Assembly: GCF_001194135.2 (NCBI RefSeq)
Contig: NC_068998.1
Location: 32,855,799-32,919,798, forward strand
DNA: 64,000 bases
Reading direction: 5' to 3'
Origin: Octopus bimaculoides
Taxonomy: Eukaryota
Shown: positions 11,987-24,362 of the stretch, in pieces
Position numbering within the stretch: position 1 is the stretch's first letter
Layout: the number at the start of each line of letters is the position of its first letter
Notes under the pieces: generated by a model
Told to the model about the DNA's origin: nothing
The model's input: only the letters and a program-made list of their open reading frames with translations
Database searches by the model: none
Translations under genes and position numbers: made by a program

Positions 11987-13203
11987 CAGAATCAACAGTA
12001 CTTGGTTGAATAGATCAAAAATATCTCTCACATACCTATTTATCATAAAGCTATGTATTAGTATACACAGACTGGTTTCTGGTTTGATATAACAATCTTA
12101 TCATCACCAGCATGTATCAATCATTTGAAAAATTTTCTCAACCCGCTACATTGAAATCTGCTGGTGTCCTGGATTGTTTTGCAGCAAAACCAGGACAGCC
12201 TCAGTATGAAAAATACCAATCAGGAGCAAATATTCAGGAGTGAATTTTTATATAGATATTGATATTGCTATTATCATCGAAGGCAATATAAACAGTTGAT
12301 AATTACAGCAACATTAATATAGGTAGTTGCAGGCCTAAAATAGCATTATATAGCTATAGAATTAAAATTATATCGATCATAAGAACACACGTATGTGTCT
12401 GCGTGCCAGAGATACATGTTAAAACCCTTATATATACGGGGTGGGTGAAAAGTAAGTAGCCATCAAAAATTGGTTCTAAAATCCATATTCTGTTTACAAA
12501 TTTATTGAAACAAATGATACATGTTCTTATTACATGGGAAGATGAAAGTAACTCTTCATATTTCAGCATAAGTACTGGTGGCATCAACCAGTTTCCTCAA
12601 ATGGTCAGGGATGGAATGAACAACCTTCTGAAGGACATCATCTGGGATATCATTGAGAACCTCCTGAATCCATATCTCCAAGTCCTTCAGTGTGCAAGGT
12701 TTTGTCTTGTACACTGCCTCTTTTGTGTAACCCCACAGGTAAAAATCACATGTAGTGAGATCTGAACTTCTTGGAGTTCTGGACTTCTTGACTTCTGCAG
12801 TCACAGTCATCACGTTTTAGCTCCTGAAAGGAATGGGGTTTCCACAGACAAAAATTCAGTTCCTTATGCAATACCATACATATTGTGTCTTGTTAGTCCA
12901 CTTTCAACAGCTGCATGACATGTTGATTTTTGTGGGCTGCAATTAAGCATTTCATGCACTGTTGCCACATTCTCCTGATTGGGATGTGGTTGGAAGGTCA
13001 CTTCTTGTGTCATTCACAGAGCCCGTGGTCATCAGCTTTGCATGACAACTTTATATTGTCTCTGGAATTAGTGTTGTATGCTTACCTTTCCTTGCACACC
13101 ACCATCTCTGAACTAAAACAATGGAATTCCGCACTTCATAGCGTGCTGCTATCTTAGCTCACTCCTAAACAGTCAAGCTACTGGCCATCTGGAAAATAAG
13201 AAA

Positions 13204-14761
13204 TCTATCTGTATATATAAAATTCTTTGTCTTTCTGTCTGTTCCATATGCATTCTCAAATGGCTTGACCAAATCAAATCAAATTTTACAAGGTAATAGT
13301 ATTAGACCCCATGAGTATCAACATTTTTTTTATCTGGCGTAATTTTTTTTTATTTGGATTAAAATATTATAACATTGGCACTGGTTCAGTATTACATGTT
13401 AAAAGTGAAAGAATAAGATCTATATTGTAATGTGATATAATATTGTTTCACTTTTATTCTTTCACTTTTAATTCTAATGTGATAACACAAAGATCATTTG
13501 AAATAAATGAATAATCTATATCCTAATGTGAACAACATTATGCATCAGCAACTTTCAATCTTTACGGCCATGACAGCAGAATGGTATGTCAGTGTATGCC
13601 ACCGAAGGAAAGATGTATTCTTTCCAGAAACAAGTATAAAGCAAGGAGGGTTGTAGAAAACCAAAGGCGAGAGTTTCAAGACAGAAGGCAGATGAGACTT
13701 TCCCAAGATCAGCAAGCACATGCCGCAGCACTTCAAATGGACTCTCAAGACAGAAGCGAGATGAGACTTTCCCAAGACAGGCAAAAGCATGCTGCAGCAC
13801 GTCTGATAGTATCTCAATACAGAAGGGAGATGAGACTTTCCCTAGATCAGCAAATGCATGCTGTAGCACATCAAATGGTGTCTCAAGAGAAAAGGGGAGA
13901 TGAGACTTTCTCAAGATGAGAAATGGCATGCTGCATCACTTAATGCTGAATCATTAAAACAACATTTTCATGATTAGACAGAGGTCCAATAGAACAGCTC
14001 TCAGAAACAGACTACGTACAAATTCATTCTTCACAACTTCTGGAGCTGCTTTCAGATATGATCCATCCCATCCATATAAAAATGATAATTTTCTCCAAAT
14101 TGGTGTGCTAAACTCAAAATGTCATTTCTGTAAAGCTTTAAAATTTCCAAATGAAACTAATATCATGTGCTACTCAGGCGGTAAGATAAGATTGCCAGCA
14201 CTATCAGCTCCTCTTCAACCTCTTAGGAATCTTCTGGAAGGCACTTCCATCCAGTCAAAGGATTTTCTTGTATTTCAAATGACATCATTTGGTGCCTCTA
14301 AGGAGATAGTTGTACATGGATTTACACCAATGTTCAAAGTTCAAGGGCAAGTCTATCACCTCATTGCTTCCTTGTTACCCAAAAATGAACAACCACAGTC
14401 CCTCCAAATTTACTTTATGAGGGATGTAGGACAACAAACCCAAAGGAGGTGTCAAAACTTCAGATGATGGGTCGTGTTAGATGCAGTGCCAACCGCCACT
14501 AAGTAGAGTAAATCCACTAACAGCTTTGTGGAGCATTCAAAAGTCACATACCCTCCACCCCATTTTTCCATGACTGGTTAGGGCCTCAAATACGCAAATG
14601 GACACATGACATGTCACTTAGTTGAATTAGCCCATTATTTACACCACAAATGTTTTGTCATCAATGCTGCTCTTTCACCATATCACCTATTTCAACATAG
14701 CTGTAATATATATACAAAATATGCCATTTTAATGCCTAGCAATGCCGGGTATCTCTGCTAG
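13204..14761 (+). mobile_element. Non-autonomous Helitron with intact termini and a RepHel N-terminal fragment
   Basis: Starts TCTATCTGTATATATAAAA after an A; ends in a GC-rich subterminal tract (GCCTAGCAATGCCGGGTATCTCTG) then CTAG before a T, with no TSD. ORF 13970-14467 has KCHFCKALKFPNE...CYSGGKIRLP and FQMTSFGA...FKVQGQVYHLIASLLP, typical of Helitron RepHel. Confidence 0.9.
13670..13945 (+). repeat. Four 69-bp tandem repeats encoding 23-aa charged helical repeats (EMRLSQDRQKHAAAR-type)
   Basis: GATGAGACTTTC recurs at 13691, 13760, 13829 and 13898; the fourth unit is frameshifted. Confidence 0.9.
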
Positions 14762-15581
14762 TAAGAAATAAGAAAATAAGGAGTCCCCATTAGTGTTGTC
14801 TGTTTAAAAAATGGTTTTGTCATGACTTCAGTGATACTAAAAATTCTATAAGCAATTTGTAATGCCTTGTTAATTTCTAACCACCCTGTATATGTACATA
14901 TAAAATTTGTGCAGCATAAAATGCTATATCAACATCCATGTTGATCTAACAGTAGTATGTATTCACTTGAAGTAGAATATATGTACTGTTAGGCATAAAA
15001 ATGTACAGGAAACAACATAACCTCTGTGCAGCACATCAAAATATATGCAAGAAACTCTTGATGTTGAGATCTTTTATATTCATATGTTACATTTATGTAA
15101 GCTCATCAGCATAGTAAGAGAGAGTTTACAATCTTATCTAATTTAAAGTAACATTGCATTATGTGTTTTTCATAAAAATAAGTGCAATAGAACAAGAGGA
15201 ACAATCGAAAATAACTGTAATGTATGTACAGATCATCACTGTAAGAATAAATGTAAATGAATTAACATTAGAAAGTACTTTAATTCATTAACATCAAATT
15301 GAATGTGAAATTAAACCTTGCAATATAGATGTTGCTATATTTTGTTGCTTTTTAAATGTAAATATCATGCTAATGCTTAGTTCCAGCGTACTTCTAGTGA
15401 TGATTGCATGTATAACAGAATATATATGTGGTCCTTGACAAGACATTAAACTGTGTCCGGGGTTGACACTGCAACTTGGGAAATCAGAAGTTCAAGAGAG
15501 TATTGAATTATCCCTACTCTCAGAATTTCTCTAATCTGGTTGTGCAGTACCAGTTAACGGCTCCTATTTTTGGTCAAATAG

Positions 15582-15674
15582 CACATGCTCCTGAAGCTTA
15601 GACATCTGTCCAGAAGTTCACTGGAGCATGGATGTGTCCTGATGTCATGTGAACCAGTCCTTGCTGCCCGAAAT
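15582..15674 (+). CDS. Candidate internal exon (HMLLKLRHLSRSSLEHGCVLMSCEPVLAARN)
   Basis: ctatttttggtcaaatag acceptor, 93-nt open phase-0/0 segment, strong gtaaga donor, locally higher GC. Confidence 0.3.
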
Positions 15675-15914
15675 GTAAGATCTGGAGAGCAAGAGATCAC
15701 TAGAGTCAACTGTAAATAAACCAACAGATGCAACGGAAAATTACTGCTACTTTTTTCCCATGAAAATTATAAATTTTTAGACAAGGGCATGAAGGGAAAA
15801 AGTAACTGTTAGTTTCCTACAAAGGCATTTCTGAGACCTGCATCTTGGCAGAGGTGCAGATACATGATGCAATGACTAACATAAGCCTTTCACACACATA
15901 TTACATTTACAATC

Positions 15915-15967
<53 letters not shown>

Positions 15968-16608
15968 NNNNNNNNNNNNNNNNNNNNNNNNNNNNNNNNN
16001 NNNNNNNNNNNNNNNNNNNNNNNNNNNNNNNNNNNNNNNNNNNNNNNNNNNNNNNNNNNNNNNNNNNNNNNNNNNNNNNNNNNNNNNNNNNNNNNNNNNN
16101 NNNNNNNNNNNNNNNNNNNNNNNNNNNNNNNNNNNNNNNNNNNNNNNNNNNNNNNNNNNNNNNNNNNNNNNNNNNNNNNNNNNNNNNNNNNNNNNNNNNN
16201 NNNNNNNNNNNNNNNNNNNNNNNNNNNNNNNNNNNNNNNNNNNNNNNNNNNNNNNNNNNNNNNNNNNNNNNNNNNNNNNNNNNNNNNNNNNNNNNNNNNN
16301 NNNNNNNNNNNNNNNNNNNNNNNNNNNNNNNNNNNNNNNNNNNNNNNNNNNNNNNNNNNNNNNNNNNNNNNNNNNNNNNNNNNNNNNNNNNNNNNNNNNN
16401 NNNNNNNNNNNNNNNNNNNNNNNNNNNNNNNNNNNNNNNNNNNNNNNNNNNNNNNNNNNNNNNNNNNNNNNNNNNNNNNNNNNNNNNNNNNNNNNNNNNN
16501 NNNNNNNNNNNNNNNNNNNNNNNNNNNNNNNNNNNNNNNNNNNNNNNNNNNNNNNNNNNNNNNNNNNNNNNNNNNNNNNNNNNNNNNNNNNNNNNNNNNN
16601 NNNNNNAC
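15968..16608. other. Assembly gap (others at 7293-7302, 11933-11942, 17697-18104, 53676-53827)
   Basis: N runs, each adjacent to a microsatellite on at least one side. Confidence 0.99.
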
Positions 16609-16810
16609 ACTACTGTGTCCTGTTTGCCAAGGGAAGTTATCCCTCTCACCATGATCTGTAGTGTGTCGATAAGCCAGCTGGAGGAGATGTCCTCCTGGGG
16701 CTAAAAGCAACAGTAACATCCACCCCTAGGGGTCAGCCACACTTAAGTGGCAATATACTACACTTTATCGTGCAGTTACTGTTAATACTTCATTTAGAGA
16801 ATTAACATTG

Positions 16811-16870
<60 letters not shown>

Positions 16871-16873
<3 letters not shown>

Positions 16874-17360
16874 TAATAATTTAGAGAAGAACCACCATGG
16901 TGCAACTCAAATGATGAAGGAGATCAGACACCATCAAGAAAAGCGTATTATACAAAATACTAGTTTAAAAATCTAAAAGATCCGAGAGGAAATTTGTAAT
17001 CCATAAAATCTATGAAATATTAGACTAATATATCGCATTCTTAAATATTAGGATACGTTTTTTGAAGTTACATGACCTGAAGAGTGTCCTCATTATGAGT
17101 GGTATTTATCTTGATTGATTTTCCGCTTTTATGTGGCCATGAAACGCGCATAATCTTTCATTCACTTTCATTTTTATAAATTCACTAAACTGATTCAAAT
17201 TTTTCGTCTAATATTTTATAGATTTTATGGATTACAAATTTTCTCTCGAATCTTTTAAACTTTTAAACTAGTATTTTGTATAATATGCTTTTCTTGATGG
17301 TGTCTGTTCTCCTTCATCATTTGAGTTGCACCATGGTGGTTCTTCTGTGAATTATTAATA
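16871..17360. repeat. Long inverted repeat: 155-bp arms (16871-17025 / 17206-17360) around a 180-bp spacer; probably a Penelope-type inverted pLTR
   Basis: Ungapped arm alignment with 9 mismatches in 155 bp; spacer holds CTGAAGA...GAAACGCG. Confidence 0.9.
17066..17155 (+). ncRNA. Hammerhead-ribozyme-like core (probably degenerate)
   Basis: CTGAAGA (17077-83), stem II GTGTCC/GGCCAT with one mismatch, GAAA (17141-44), palindromic CGCG. The expected UH cleavage triplet reads CA and stem I pairing is poor. Confidence 0.4.
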
Positions 17361-19059
17361 AATTTTTCATTATATAATTCAATTTGATATTATTAAATTG
17401 TATATCCTTGTAAGTTCGGATTTTGTAATTCCCTAACATTATAATATTTATATTTATATATATATATATATATATAACGTGAGAGAGTTAGGGGTTGGGG
17501 GTTCAACCCACTAAGGGATAGTATCTATCCAGTATACTGCTGGGAGGGTACCCAATTATTGCTACACTAGTGCTATACTAGGTGCAATCAATGGGAGCGG
17601 GTAAAAGTGGAGGTTTTACCCAAAATTTGTGTAACAATTAGAAAATGAAGGATAATATGCTGAACCCAACTACTTGCAGACGGTGTATCCCATTGANNNN
17701 NNNNNNNNNNNNNNNNNNNNNNNNNNNNNNNNNNNNNNNNNNNNNNNNNNNNNNNNNNNNNNNNNNNNNNNNNNNNNNNNNNNNNNNNNNNNNNNNNNNN
17801 NNNNNNNNNNNNNNNNNNNNNNNNNNNNNNNNNNNNNNNNNNNNNNNNNNNNNNNNNNNNNNNNNNNNNNNNNNNNNNNNNNNNNNNNNNNNNNNNNNNN
17901 NNNNNNNNNNNNNNNNNNNNNNNNNNNNNNNNNNNNNNNNNNNNNNNNNNNNNNNNNNNNNNNNNNNNNNNNNNNNNNNNNNNNNNNNNNNNNNNNNNNN
18001 NNNNNNNNNNNNNNNNNNNNNNNNNNNNNNNNNNNNNNNNNNNNNNNNNNNNNNNNNNNNNNNNNNNNNNNNNNNNNNNNNNNNNNNNNNNNNNNNNNNN
18101 NNNNTATATATACGCATGTGTGTGCTTGTGAGTGTGTGTGTATGTGTGCATATGTGTGTGTGTGTGTGTGTGCGCATGTGAGATGTATATCAGTAAATGA
18201 AATAATGCCCTAATTAATTGAAAATCTCTGACTTCCAATATCCAAAGATACTCTTTTAAGGGAATTAGTTTAAAAAGAGTCAACTAACTCTCCTTGAAAT
18301 TTTAGAATTGAAAAGACACTTGTTTTAAAAACAATGAATCGATGACTACTACTTAAGATACCAGTTCCTTTATGCCATCATTTTTCATTGTATGTATACA
18401 TTTGTATATGTACACACACATATATCTGTGTGTATTTTACTACATTATGTTCTTGTACCTAGCAAACCAACCATTGTGAGTTGGTGTAAGCATTCATTAT
18501 AACTTATATATAAATGGTACCATTTTTACAACTATCGTAACCTTATTAAAAATACATATTATTTGATTGTTTGCCTTCTACTGTAATAAGTAATGCAAGT
18601 CAGACTTCCTCCAAAAGAAAGAGGGAGTTGTATGCACAGTTGTATGGCTTCAACAAAATAAAATTTAAGATGCCACCTGCTGTAAATGTTACTTGAAGAA
18701 ATGCTAATAAATTGATGCACAAAAGACATATGAGAATATTTCTCAATTCATGATGAAAATAAAGTCAACAGAAAATGAACAACCAAAAATGCTGTCAATT
18801 TTACTTGGGATAACATTCTCTTTATACAGATTATCTTTTAATGGTGTATGTGAGAGAAAAGTTTTGGACAGTTAGGTTGCTCAAAAATTATTAATGAAAA
18901 GAACAAAATTTTTGTATGTCATTCAGGATGAAATAACCTTTCTCCATAACTGATGAAATTACAGTCTTTTAATTCTACATATTTACTTGACTGTCGTTGT
19001 GAGATACTTTAATCTGAAAAGCATGATTTCATACTCATTGTTAGATATAGTTGTCAAAA

Positions 19060-20060
19060 AGTAATGGCTCTTGTTCTTACAATGCTGTTAAGTTTATCTT
19101 GCATGCAAGAAATATTCCCCCAGAAAATATTATTGGATTGACAAATGATAATTGATCTTCCATGATAGGTACCAAAAGAGGGCTCCAGAAATTATAAAGT
19201 TGATGTCATCTGTCATTTATATTATGATATTTGTCTGTCATTCTGTCACTCGTCATGTTGTTACTGTAGTGCTATCATACTTAGAAGCTTTCATAAAATA
19301 TTAAACACATTAAGCAATTATGGAATCGAGTATATGTTGCTTTTCCATCAGGATGTACTACAGGAAGTAAATTTACTAAAAGTGAGAGGAGTTCATCTGT
19401 TTGTAATGATATCATTGAAAAACATATTTGTTTGAGTTTCTTTATTAAAGATGAATTACTGAACAATGAAAATAATTACAGAAACATTACTTGGAGGAAA
19501 AACAACAGTAGATTTAATTTTTGAAGCTTTTGATAATGAAATTAGTGTTAGAAGATCCAAACTGGTTCTTTGAAATTCAGAAGAAATTTTTTCCTTTGGT
19601 TAAATAGAAAAGACATTGATATCATATGTAACTTAGAACCCAAGCATATCTTCCATGTCTGTCACTTTTCCAGCTGTTCATTTCCTATCCATTGTGCCAG
19701 AAAATAGTTTTACTTTTAGTGATTCAGGGACACTTTACCTAATTGTAATGATATATATTTCTGAATTCAAGGACAAGAGATTATTCGTTATTCAGTTGTA
19801 TAAGCAACTGAACTGTTTACATTCTTCAGCGTTTATCATATCAATATTAATGAACTGTGTCAAAATGAGAAACACAAATTTCTTAAAAACAAAACCATTA
19901 AAGGAAGATTTCTATTACTTGAAATGCAATGGAATGCAATATATAGAAGACAAAACAAGAATAATCAAAGACTTACTATGTGTTGAAAGCAAAATAAGCT
20001 TGGAAAGAAAAATGGAACACTGAGATTAAGGAACCATTTACTGTTTCAAGAGGAACTGAA
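19060..20060 (+). mobile_element. Highly degraded hAT transposase relic
   Basis: IPPENIIGLTNDN*SSMIGTKRGLQKL resembles the hAT D-G-A-S-x-M-x-G block. LHSSA...LMNCVKMRNTNFLKT resembles the dimerisation-domain PHSxAxxERxFSxMNxxKxxxRNxL motif. Confidence 0.5.
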
Positions 20061-20607
20061 GAAGATGACTAATTATTGTGTCCTACATATAAAAATAAGC
20101 AGATTAGCAGATAAATATAAGTAGAATACTAGTATATTTCCTATCAAGCATCAAATTTTCATAATCTGGGTTTGATTTTTTTTTGAGTCTGGCTTTTTAT
20201 CCAAGCCTGATCTGAGATTACCCTGAAAGTCTCATTTGTAGATCTTGATTATGATGTGAGAAATGAATCCAACTATTATCATTGTACATTATAAAATTTG
20301 AATGCATCGTTGCTTTCCTTTGGCAAGGAATGACATGGTGGATATAGTTCAACAGTCAAAAACAAAGACTTTCCTCTCTGACCAAATCTCATAAGTATCT
20401 TCAAGCACCACATGATACGATAGGTAAGAATAGAATGAGATATTCTGCCTTTTAGGGTATTATTAGCTGAATGGTCAATTAAATTGGTATGCATTGATAC
20501 AACTACACTCAGTTTTCAACAGTTAATTCAAAGTAATGTGAAGAAGCATTTAAAAATTTTGTGGAGTGTTTTTATCTTACCTATTGGGTTGATCCATTTT
20601 GATGATA

Positions 20608-20649
<42 letters not shown>

Positions 20650-21512
20650 ATATATATATATATAATTAATAGTTTAAAGAAAACAGAGAGTATACACAGA
20701 ATAATTCTTTAATCATAGTGCAGTCAATTAATAAGTTCTTATTTTTTCACCTGCATTATGTTTCAGCCAATTGTTATTGTCCATATTTGCACCTTTAAAA
20801 GTGCATTATCATATTTTAAAACAATGACTGCTTCTAGGCATATTTGCTGCTACTTTTTTGCTTCTCTTGACAGAAGAATATATTCTGACTGAATGGTTAG
20901 CTTTTAGTTTTTTTGTGTAACTGTGTTGGATGTAGTTCTAAAAATATCTCAAAACTGACTTTTTGACCCTACTGGTAGAGGGAAGAATCTGCTGCCAAGA
21001 AACTGGGTCAGGTTACTATTTCACACTTATTGGTTTATTTGATAAATGCTTTGATCATTGTTTATAGTAAGTTGATGCAGGTTGTTTATCCCCCACTCCA
21101 ACTCTTAATCCAAGCAACTGAAAAAATCCACATTATCTTGGGGATGACCCAATCTATACTTATTAATTAGGTATGTAACAATTACTAAAAGTACTAGAAG
21201 AAATCAATATTAAAAGCTTGACATTCTGGAAATATTTTTATAAATTCATATTCTAAGAAATTGCCTATAATTTTGACTTCTGAAATTTATTGAATGTTTT
21301 TAACTCCAAATTCTCACAAATTTAAATATTCACTGTGTCCAGTTCTTCATGAATTTAAATATTCATTGCATTCACTGCAGAGTAAATTTTAATGTTTAAT
21401 AATAAACAATGTTAATTCATTGCAGGCGACATTTTACATTTTTATTGCAACAGTCTCTCATTCTCATTCACCCCTATTTTCATTAATGATAATTTAATAA
21501 TAGCTATATAAC

Positions 21513-21810
21513 TTTGATATGAGACACAATTTCAAGAATATTACCAGTTTCTGGAGGATGTTAAATGAATATTTTTGATAAAATGAGAATTTTTTAATAT
21601 ACCGGTATAATTTTAAAGTGATTTTGTGTTGAATGCTATTACATGCTGTATAAGTTTGATACGAGGCACAATTTCAAAAATATTATCAGTTTCCAAAGTT
21701 TGTTAAATGAATATTTTTGATAAATTGAAAATTCTTTAATAAACTGGTATAACTTTTTTTTTTTAATGAAGAAGTGATTTTGTTGGTATGGCTGTTTGGA
21801 ACGATATAAG
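21513..21810. repeat. Two-copy ~142-bp direct tandem repeat upstream of the second Helitron
   Basis: tttgatatgagacacaatttcaagaatatta at 21513 vs tttgatacgaggcacaatttcaaaaatatta at 21655. Confidence 0.8.
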
Positions 21811-21889
21811 CCTCACAATAACATCTATGTGATCGCTGTTATTTCTAGCATGCTAAACAAGACAGTTTTTAATGAGCTTACATGTATAT

Positions 21890-23200
21890 ATAATATGCGA
21901 CTGAAAAAGAAAATTTAGCAGTAAAGGCACAACAGCAGACAGAAAGACGGGCAACTGAATCAGATGAAACCAGGGTAAAGTGACTGAAACAGATGCCTGA
22001 ATATGCACGGAGACGTAGACATGATTCTGTTTCCGCTACACATGACTGACTGGTTAGGGTATCTTGAGAGGAGAATATTCTACTTCAAAATAATGGTGTC
22101 AGATCACAAATTGTTGATGCAACACTAAAGAGACCTTTTCTTTGTGAAGTTGACAACCAGTTTAAGACTTCTTACAGAAGGTCATTCTGATGAAAGAGAG
22201 TTTGCTAATCACCTTCTTGATGTAGGAAATGGTAACATATCTGTTGAACAAAGCGTAGGTGAATTCAAAATCAAACTACCCAATGACTTTTCTCTTGAAA
22301 GCAGTAGTCTTTCAGATCTGTGTGATTTTGTAAATGCTGACCTCAAAAATAACTTCACAAACCCTGTATGGCTTGCAAATAGAACCATTGTTACTCCAAC
22401 AAGTGAAACAGCATAATTTGTGAATGATTTTCTGTTGACCAGGATCCCTGGTGAGCTAAAACTAAACAGAAACTCGGATACAGTTGATGATGAAACTCTG
22501 TACCCAACCGAGTTTATCAACAAACTTACACCATTAGAGTTTCCACCACACATTATCAAACTGAAGAAAAAATTATGCATAATACTTCTGAGAAATTTAG
22601 ATGCTACTAACGGACATTATTGTCAGTTTACATGATCATGTTATTGAGGCTGAGGTTGCTTCTGGTCCTTATGCAGGATCAACTCTGCTAATCCCAAGGA
22701 TACCACATGTATCGCAAAAAATGGAATTTCCATTCATATTTACATGCAAACAATTTCATGTCAAGCAAGCATTTGGCTTGATGTGCATCAAGGCACAGGG
22801 ACAGACTTTTGAACAAATTGGAATATATCTTCCGATACAATTCTTCTCACATGGCCAGCTGTATGTTACATTATCTAGAGTCCAAAAGAAGGCTAATGTA
22901 AAAATATTCTTTTCTACTCTAGGCACAAGGCCTGAAATTTTTTGGAAGGGTGGCAGCTGATTAGATCGACCCCAGTACACTACTGGTACTTAATTTATCG
23001 ACCCAAAAGGATGAAAGGCAAAATTGACCTTGGTGGAATTTGAACTCAGAATGCAAGGACAGATGAAATACCACTAAGCATTTCACCTGGCATGCTAACG
23101 TTTCTGCCAGCTCGTTGCCTTCTAATGTAAAAATATTGGCTGAGAGAAATAAAAACTAACAATTGTGTCTACAAGAAGATACTACTTTAAAGTAAAATAT
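21890..23200 (+). mobile_element. Helitron fragment: charged N-terminal repeats joined to a PIF1-like helicase C-terminus; pseudogenised and interrupted by a SINE
   Basis: KLTTSLRLL...FANHLLDVGNG, YPTEFINKLTPLEFPPHIIKLK...LRNLDATNGH, LIPRIP, FGLMCIKAQGQTFEQIGIYLPIQFFSHGQLYVTLSRV. After the SINE it continues TNNCVYKKIL. Confidence 0.92.
22909..23121 (-). mobile_element. tRNA-derived SINE (short family B) with a 16-bp TSD
   Basis: A-box TGGCAGAAACGTTAG, B-box GAGTTCAAATTCC, central GCCTTTCATCCTTTTGGGTCGATAAA. TSD CTAATGTAAAAATATT at 22893-22908 and 23122-23137. Confidence 0.92.
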
Positions 23201-23415
23201 GCTTTTTAGCCAGTTTCAGTAAATAGAATTAACACATATATTATATGTAAAGTAACATATATTTGTGTGGAATTAAACTGTTTTGGCATATTTCAACACA
23301 TGCCGAATGAATGATATTGTTATATTAGATCATTTTAAATTTGAATATATTTGAAAAAGTAAGGCAACGTCCTTTCCATGTGTTTTCACAGCACCAAACT
23401 TTTGTGTGTGTGTAT

Positions 23416-23441
23416 CCATCCATCCATCCATCCATCCATCC

Positions 23442-23480
<39 letters not shown>
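23416..23480. repeat. (CATC)n-(TATC)n compound tetranucleotide microsatellite
   Basis: Direct reading. Confidence 0.95.
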
Positions 23481-23482
<2 letters not shown>

Positions 23483-24158
23483 AATTACTTTCATGTACCT
23501 TTTCTAAAAAAAGCCTGAGGTGACTGTGGTCTTTTCCGTAGGCTTTTCTCTCCATGGATAAACCTAATCTGTTCCCCTCTATTTACATTGACTGTGATAC
23601 ACGATCCCTATTGATCGGCTTTGCCCTTTTTGTTTTTTCTTTTTTTTTTCACGATCCCTCTTGATCAAAATCCTACTCCCTCTTTTTTTTTTGTCCCTCA
23701 AAAGAAAAGCTCTACATTGTATTTTGTCCATTTTCTGTATTTAGCCCTGTGTGGCCATAATAAAAAGATATGTATGTATGCACACCGATGTAAGTTCTAC
23801 CAATTATTAATGATAAATATATATAACCGATTGACTCTTTGAGAAAGAGAGATTATGACTGTGATAAAACACTGAAAGCAAGTGAGCACTATTATGCAAA
23901 GAAATAATTAAATGTAAAATATCATAAAAATTATTAGAATTGGGAATCAAATATGGAAATATTATTGAGTGGCTAGCAGAAAACCGTCTGGAGGGTGGTC
24001 TTTCTGCTTGTATATATAATGTGTTTTATTTAGGTACATTAATTCTTTCTTCAACACCACTGTTAGATACGTCATGGGAATATCTCTCCTGAAAATAAAG
24101 AAATTATAATTAATATTTCGATGGTGAGTATGGTGGGTTGGAAGAACTTGTGGTTGGA

Positions 24159-24362
24159 AGAACCATGTTGTTGGGAAGCAAGCTTCTTACTGCACAGTGA
24201 TGCCAGCACTTATGTGCTGTGTCTTTTCATCAGATGTCACTTCACCAAATGTCTTTTCGTCCATGTCTTTTGGTCTAACGTCTTTTTGTCCGACGTCTTT
24301 TTGTCCGATGATTTTTTTGTTCAATTTTAAATAAGCTCTTTAAAAAACAAGGTGGAATATCT
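24159..24362 (+). repeat. 204-bp direct duplicate of 25272-25475 (SINE head plus orphan MULE TIR)
   Basis: Same junction agcaagcttcttactgcacagtgatgccagcac-tatgtgctgtgtcttttcatc through aaacaaggtggaatatct in both copies. Confidence 0.88.

Larger units (their letters stand above)
12437..14888 (-). mobile_element. Tc1/mariner-superfamily element (DUF4817-type HTH, WPPRSPDL-type C-terminus), internally deleted and interrupted by a Helitron
   Basis: AKIAARYEVRNSIVLVQRWW N-terminus near 13150; RTPRSSDLTTCDFYLWGYTKEAVY C-terminus (12556-12813). Ends TA|CGGGGTGGGTGAAA and rc TA|CAGGGTGGTTAGAAA. Confidence 0.85.

Noticed and set aside
16890-16905. Perfect Kozak CCACCATGG in the palindrome arms
   Set aside because: The frame closes after five codons (MVQLK*).
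15845-18283. Long ORFs of 178-269 aa
   Set aside because: They read through N gaps (poly-X).
22990-23121. SINE heads as tRNA genes
   Set aside because: Only A/B boxes remain; no cloverleaf, and each is fused to a SINE body.
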